A stretch of 12,710 bases of DNA from positions 1 to 12,710 of the forward strand of contig JBHLME010000128.1 of the NCBI GenBank assembly GCA_048938445.1, in the 5' to 3' direction. Under the pieces are notes generated by a model. That model was not told the DNA's origin. It worked only from the letters and a program-made list of their open reading frames with translations, and did not search any database. The position numbers were made by a program, and so were the translations under genes. Origin of the DNA: Promethearchaeota archaeon. GTDB lineage: Archaea > Asgardarchaeota > Lokiarchaeia > Sigyniarchaeales > SOKP01. Positions 7,746-12,710 of this stretch are shown here, in pieces (within the stretch, counting starts at the first letter, position 1; the number at the start of each line of letters is the position of its first letter).

Positions 7746-7757
7746 CCAATAAATTTT

Positions 7758-8249
7758 CTAAACAGTATTATGGGTATTAATAATAACGTTATCTACATCA
7801 TAATGTCGAACAACAAGAGTTTTAATCTTTCGAATCATGCTTCCATCTTTTCCAATTGCTTTCCCTCTATCTTGCGGTCGGACAGAGATGATAACCGTCT
7901 TTTTTTGGTTTTTATTTTCTTTAATCTCGATATTTTGAACTTTAATTGAATTTTTTGCCGTGTTTAAAATGAATTGAATGAAAGTTTGTAAATTATTAGA
8001 AAATGGGATCACATCAATCTTTTTTTGTAGTTTTGCCGTTAAATCTTTTACGTGTTCTCCTGCTTTGCCGATGGCTTTTCCAATATCTTCTTTTTTTACC
8101 AAAAAGATAATAATCTCGTTTTTTTGTTGATCTTTATACTCTGGTGTTTCAAAAACTAAACAGTCTTTAATAATAGCTCCAGAGATATTATTAAATAATG
8201 AGATGAGTTCCATTGATTGCCTATCGATTTTGATATTTTTCTTTAACAT
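7758..8249 (-). CDS. nusA: Archaeal NusA-like KH-domain transcription factor
   Basis: Two KH GxxG loops (GKAIGKAG, GKAIGKDG) and the canonical position between rpl30e and rps12. Confidence 0.94.
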   Translation of the reverse strand: MLKKNIKIDRQSMELISLFNNISGAIIKDCLVFETPEYKDQQKNEIIIFLVKKEDIGKAIGKAGEHVKDLTAKLQKKIDVIPFSNNLQTFIQFILNTAKNSIKVQNIEIKENKNQKKTVIISVRPQDRGKAIGKDGSMIRKIKTLVVRHYDVDNVIINTHNTV

Positions 8250-8269
8250 GTTAAAAAATTGCTCTAATG

Positions 8270-8647
8270 CTAATTGCTTTTAGATCTTAAGGTTAATAAA
8301 TCTGAATCACCAGCATCTATAACTCCAATCACAGAGATCCAATAAGGTTTTGCACAAGCTAATCCTAGATCATGTGATGACCCCTTGTATTTATGAAAAA
8401 AGAGCTTAGTACCCATTAAAGATTTGTAATAATTTAATTGATCTTCAAATTCTCTGGGACAATTATTTGCTATAATTAACATCTTGAAGGTATCTTTTCT
8501 TAAATCTTTTAAGACCTGATTCTTACCGTAGACAATTTTTCCTGTTTTATATGCGACTTTAATATTCGTATCAATATCAAATTCTTTTACTTTTTTCCTT
8601 GACAAATCGATTGATTCTCCAATATCTTTCTTCTTATTCCGTGCCAT
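8270..8647 (-). CDS. rpl30e: 50S ribosomal protein L30e (eL30)
   Basis: Motifs VAYKTGKIVYG, LIIANNCP, GSSHDLGLACAKPY and IDAGDSDL. ATG 8647 is preferred over the ORF-track TTG at 8656. Confidence 0.96.
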   Translation of the reverse strand: MARNKKKDIGESIDLSRKKVKEFDIDTNIKVAYKTGKIVYGKNQVLKDLRKDTFKMLIIANNCPREFEDQLNYYKSLMGTKLFFHKYKGSSHDLGLACAKPYWISVIGVIDAGDSDLLTLRSKSN

Positions 8648-8792
8648 TTTCTTCAAGACTTTTTATGTGAATTATTATGAATCAGTAATAAAAAAAATAC
8701 TTTATCGTTTTAATTTTTTATGCTTATTATATTATTTTATATCATTCTTTATTAATGGTGTCATTAAATTTATAGAGAAATATAATTAAATG

Positions 8793-9989
8793 TTATTCAT
8801 TCTTTTCTTGTAAAATACGTAAGTTCTCGTCCAGATCGAACATCACATTGACGGAACCCGTACCAATTTTCGCTACCTGTCCTATAATGACGTTCTCAGG
8901 TATTCCTAATAATTTTTCTTCTTCTCCATAAAGACCTGCATCAAGTAATTGATTAACTGTCACTTCAAACGCGGCTCTTGCAAACACGCTTGATTTTGAG
9001 CCTGAAATACCGTGTCGCCCTATTGATTGAATCGTTCCGGAGTGACACATTAAATCTGCTAATATTAATAAGTGTCTAAGGTCAACATCTAGCCCCTGTT
9101 GTTCAAGTACTTTTTGGGCTTCAACAATGATCATTGTTCGCGCAGCTTCAATTCCATATAATTTTTCAATTTCGTGAATGTGGTTTGAGACAGACCTAGT
9201 TGTATCAACACCTTCAATTTGTATGACTCCTTGCATATTAGTTCCTTCAGTCTTAATGACCCATTCTTTATTATCTTCAGATGGAGTCAATAAACCTCGC
9301 TTGACACCTCTAATTCCCTTTACCACTTTTTTAAGAATTTTTTCTCTTAATTTTTGTAAACTTTGAAGATCTTCTATACCAGGATCAATAATAATCGCAT
9401 TACCTTCTCTTTTAATCGAACCTTTTTTCTTATACCTCTTTAAAATCTCGGGAATCTCATCGATCTCTATTCCTTTTCTTTCGCAAATTTCAGGAATAAG
9501 ATTAATTATTATATTCCAGTTAACAAAATCTAAATCCACATCATGAGTAATTTGCTCGATTCTAATTTGTTCGATACGATTATGAACCTTAATTGCTTCT
9601 TCTTCTTTTTCTTTATATCCTTTTTCTAAATAAATTTCCATCATCGGAGTGCTTGGAAATCGTCTTGCATCAACAATTTCAATCAAACGTGGTAGACCTT
9701 GTGTAACTGAAAACTCTTCTACACCCGCGTAGTGGAAAGTACGTAGAGTCATTTGTGTTCCGGGCTCCCCTATAGATTGAGCAGCAATAGTTCCACATGG
9801 TTCACCAGGTTCTTCTATTGCATTATTAAAGTTAATATATATTTTATTAAGAAAGTATTCTAATTGCTCTTCTTCTAAATCTACACCTTTTACCTTTTCC
9901 CTAATACTTTCAATTAAATCTTCTGGAATTCCATCTTCTTGAAGCTCTTTTAAAGCTTCTTCTAACATTTTTGGAGTTACTTTTACCAT
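8793..9989 (-). CDS. rpo1C: DNA-directed RNA polymerase subunit Rpo1C (A'')
   Basis: Trigger-loop region [21 protein letters not shown], plus [29 protein letters not shown] and ARAAFE. SD GAGGT at 9998-10002. Confidence 0.98.
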   Translation of the reverse strand: MVKVTPKMLEEALKELQEDGIPEDLIESIREKVKGVDLEEEQLEYFLNKIYINFNNAIEEPGEPCGTIAAQSIGEPGTQMTLRTFHYAGVEEFSVTQGLPRLIEIVDARRFPSTPMMEIYLEKGYKEKEEEAIKVHNRIEQIRIEQITHDVDLDFVNWNIIINLIPEICERKGIEIDEIPEILKRYKKKGSIKREGNAIIIDPGIEDLQSLQKLREKILKKVVKGIRGVKRGLLTPSEDNKEWVIKTEGTNMQGVIQIEGVDTTRSVSNHIHEIEKLYGIEAARTMIIVEAQKVLEQQGLDVDLRHLLILADLMCHSGTIQSIGRHGISGSKSSVFARAAFEVTVNQLLDAGLYGEEEKLLGIPENVIIGQVAKIGTGSVNVMFDLDENLRILQEKNE

Positions 9990-10020
9990 TTTTTTTGACC
10001 TCTACAATTATTTAAAACAA

Positions 10021-12710
10021 TTATGATTTGCTTTCTTTCCAATCAAGATATGCTTTGGTTTCTTTTCCGCGCCATATCGCATTTTTTCCTGTCTCTTCAG
10101 CATATTGCTGTTGTAGTGCTTCTTCATCTAAGTCTGATTTTTCTGCTTTACTCTCAGATTCTTCTTTTTTTGTAGTTTTAGGTTTTGCTTTTGTAGTTGA
10201 TGTTTTTTTTGGTGTTTCCTTTTTCTTTTCTCCTTCTTTTTTAATTTCATCTCGAATTGATGTTACATCTAAAGCTTTAGCTTTAAGGAGGAGAACATCC
10301 AAATTTACAGCACGACCATGATCAGTGTGCATAACATCAATTCCATCATCACCAAATTTGAATTGAATAATATTCTTGTCAGAATTCCGAACAGTTCCAT
10401 CATTTTCAATAACCATATCTTGGAGTGCATTGACAAGTCTGCGTTGCATGTACCCGCTCGTGGATGTTCTTACTGCCGTATCTACTAATCCTTCACGACC
10501 ACCCATAGCATGAAAGAAAAATTCTTCTGGTTTTAGACCATTTCTATAGGATGATTCTACAAAACCTCTCGCTTTTGGAGTGAGATCATTCACTTTAAAA
10601 TGAGGGAGTGTTCTAAGACTGTATCCTCTGTTTATCCTTTCACCTCTAATAGCTTGCTGCCCAACTACAGCGGACATTTGACCTAGATTTAAAATATTCC
10701 CTCTAGCACCTGATTTTGTCATAATAACTGAGTGAGCTTCATCTCCAATGAAAAATGCTGCAGTTTCTTCTGCTTCCTTTCTTGCTTCAGCTAAAAGTTG
10801 TCTCAATCTTAATTCAAGAGTCTCCCTCATGGATCTGCCTGGAGCTCTTTTTAATATTTCAGTGTCATTTTCATAAAATGCGGTTATAAATTTATCCGCT
10901 TCCACATTTGCTTTATGTAAAATATTTTTAATTGCCTCATATGCTTCGCCCTTAACGTACACCTCATCTAATCCCATAGTAATTCCATTTTGACGAATGA
11001 CATGAAGTAACATCTTAGTTGCATTATCTAAAAATTCTCTCCCTCGAGCATTTCCATGGTCTTTAATTATTCTTTGTAAAATGCTATTTGATTGCATTGC
11101 TCCAAAGGAATTTTCATCAATCGTTCCAGTGATTAGTTCACCATTTACGATGTTAACATAAGCATCAGATTCACATGCTAGTTCCTTACATTCTTCACCT
11201 TCCTTTAAATAACATTTTTTACAGAATTTTGACCGGACTCTAATATTTAAATCATCAGGGAATAAGGTGCTAAAAATTTGTTTGCCGGAATATAACGGTT
11301 CACCATCATTTTTTACAGGTTTGAGGTTTTCCAATTTGAAATCTGGATTGGATTCAAAAACGCCCCCCATATATAATAACTTCAAGGCATCTTTTTTAGT
11401 ATATAGTGAATCCTTACTTGTAAATTGAAAAACGCTAGAAATGAAATCTTGAATTCCTCCCAATATAGGTCCACCAAAACGAGGAGATAGAATATGTTCT
11501 TGTACTTTTAACAATAATTCCGCTTCCGTGCGTGCTTCTTCGCTTTGTGGTACGTGTAGATTCATTTCATCCCCATCAAAGTCTGCATTATAAGGGGGAC
11601 AGACCGTTAAATTTAGTCGAAATGTCCGACCATCCATAATTTTTACCTCATGGGCCATTATGGACATTCTGTGGAGTGAAGGTTGCCTATTGAATAGGAC
11701 CAAATCCCCATTACTTAAATGACGTTCTACTGTAAAACCTGGGCTTATCATATCAGCAATTAATTTTCGATTCTTGACATAACGTAAATCAATTCTCCTT
11801 CGATCATTTCGAATAATATAATTAGCTCCGGGATGAATATTTGGTCCATTAATGACCAATTGTTTCATTTCTTCGATATTCCAATCGTTTACATTAGTAG
11901 GAATTGTTAAAATTTTAGCGATTTCGATTGGAACTCCAACTTCATTAATTGAAATATAAGGATTTGGTGAAATTACACTTCTAGCTGAAAAATCAACTCT
12001 TTTTCCACTTAAATTACTTCTAAATCTTCCCTCTTTTCCTTTAAGTCTTTGAGTTAAAGTTCTTAGAGCTCTACCAGAACGATGCCTGGCAGGAGGTATT
12101 CCTGATACTTGATTATCAAAATAGGTAGTTATATGATATTGTAATAATTCCCATAAATCTTCAACAATCAAGTGTGGAGCTCCTGCATCAATATTTTCTC
12201 GTAATCTTTGGTTTATACGAATTACATCTACTAACTTATGGGTTAAATCATCTTCAGAACGAATGCCACTATCTAACGTAATTGAAGGTCGCGCGCACAC
12301 AGGAGGTATTGGTAATACTGTGAAAATTACCCATTCCAATCTTGCATTTTCAGGTTGAATATTTAAAAATCTCAAATCAGAATCAGTCATTTTCTTCAAC
12401 CTTTCAATAATTTCTATTGGCGTGATTCTTCGTGAACCCCTTCCCTCTTCTTCTTCATAAAATGTAGTTGGTTTTTCAATCACGATCTTTTTCTTAGTGG
12501 CCCCGCAGTAAGGACAAGTTTTATTTTTTCGAGCTTTCTTAAAAATTAGTTTTGTAGCATCTTCATCAGTTTCAAAACTCGTAATCTTTTGCTTTTTCTG
12601 TTCTTCTCTGTATTGTTCTTTTTCTTCATCAGTAAGCATCAATCTAGAACATTCTGGACATATAGATCTTAAAACTTTTAAAACTTTTTTTGCATATCCA
12701 ACATGTATTA
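10021..12710 (-). CDS. rpo1N: DNA-directed RNA polymerase subunit Rpo1N (A'), 5' end outside the window
   Basis: Catalytic NADFDGD (nt 11569-11589), GKRVDFSAR, NRQPSLH and bridge helix TAVRTSTSGYMQRRL. The frame stays open to the window edge (IHVGYAKKVLKVLRSICPECSRLML), so 12642 is not the true start. Confidence 0.98.
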   Translation of the reverse strand, partial: IHVGYAKKVLKVLRSICPECSRLMLTDEEKEQYREEQKKQKITSFETDEDATKLIFKKARKNKTCPYCGATKKKIVIEKPTTFYEEEEGRGSRRITPIEIIERLKKMTDSDLRFLNIQPENARLEWVIFTVLPIPPVCARPSITLDSGIRSEDDLTHKLVDVIRINQRLRENIDAGAPHLIVEDLWELLQYHITTYFDNQVSGIPPARHRSGRALRTLTQRLKGKEGRFRSNLSGKRVDFSARSVISPNPYISINEVGVPIEIAKILTIPTNVNDWNIEEMKQLVINGPNIHPGANYIIRNDRRRIDLRYVKNRKLIADMISPGFTVERHLSNGDLVLFNRQPSLHRMSIMAHEVKIMDGRTFRLNLTVCPPYNADFDGDEMNLHVPQSEEARTEAELLLKVQEHILSPRFGGPILGGIQDFISSVFQFTSKDSLYTKKDALKLLYMGGVFESNPDFKLENLKPVKNDGEPLYSGKQIFSTLFPDDLNIRVRSKFCKKCYLKEGEECKELACESDAYVNIVNGELITGTIDENSFGAMQSNSILQRIIKDHGNARGREFLDNATKMLLHVIRQNGITMGLDEVYVKGEAYEAIKNILHKANVEADKFITAFYENDTEILKRAPGRSMRETLELRLRQLLAEARKEAEETAAFFIGDEAHSVIMTKSGARGNILNLGQMSAVVGQQAIRGERINRGYSLRTLPHFKVNDLTPKARGFVESSYRNGLKPEEFFFHAMGGREGLVDTAVRTSTSGYMQRRLVNALQDMVIENDGTVRNSDKNIIQFKFGDDGIDVMHTDHGRAVNLDVLLLKAKALDVTSIRDEIKKEGEKKKETPKKTSTTKAKPKTTKKEESESKAEKSDLDEEALQQQYAEETGKNAIWRGKETKAYLDWKESKS

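Noticed and set aside
8752-8767. Hairpin TTAATG-N4-CATTAA upstream of rpl30e as a possible autoregulatory kink-turn
   Set aside because: A weak 6-bp AT-rich stem with no convincing tandem G-A pairs or box C/D consensus.
8793-8850. Pol II-like heptad CTD at the end of Rpo1C
   Set aside because: The protein ends LRILQEKNE with no repeats.
9178-10321. Plus-strand ORFs (9178-9366 and 10028-10321)
   Set aside because: Antisense shadows of rpo1C and rpo1N; the Phe/Ser/Cys richness of the second mirrors Lys/Glu/Gln codons on the coding strand.
11170-11225. Four-Cys cluster CKKC...C...C in Rpo1N
   Set aside because: It corresponds to a Zn-binding element known in many archaeal A' subunits, so it is not novel.
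12640-12642. ORF-track start of Rpo1N
   Set aside because: The frame continues to the window edge through the conserved HVGY and CPEC motifs.

Overview
AT-rich archaeal window; the protein sequences suggest an Asgard archaeon, probably Lokiarchaeia (inference from protein features, no search run). The right half is a conserved minus-strand cluster: rpo1N (runs off the window end), rpo1C, rpl30e, nusA, rps12, rps7. Where EF-2 commonly follows rps7 there is a 664-aa gene fusing an ArsR-like winged helix, an ATP-cone and a class III ribonucleotide reductase (NrdD)-like barrel. It appears to lack both catalytic cysteines, the C-terminal Zn site and the glycyl-radical loop, so it is a candidate nucleotide-sensing transcription factor built from an inactive RNR. 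It converges on a pyrB with no adjacent pyrI and has operator-like repeats upstream. The left part holds a B12-binding-type radical SAM gene, an isolated rpl44e and a tandem SCP2 protein. Rpo1N carries a Lys-rich linker and a 36-aa Trp/Tyr C-terminal module. No tRNA, rRNA, CRISPR array or mobile element was recognised.
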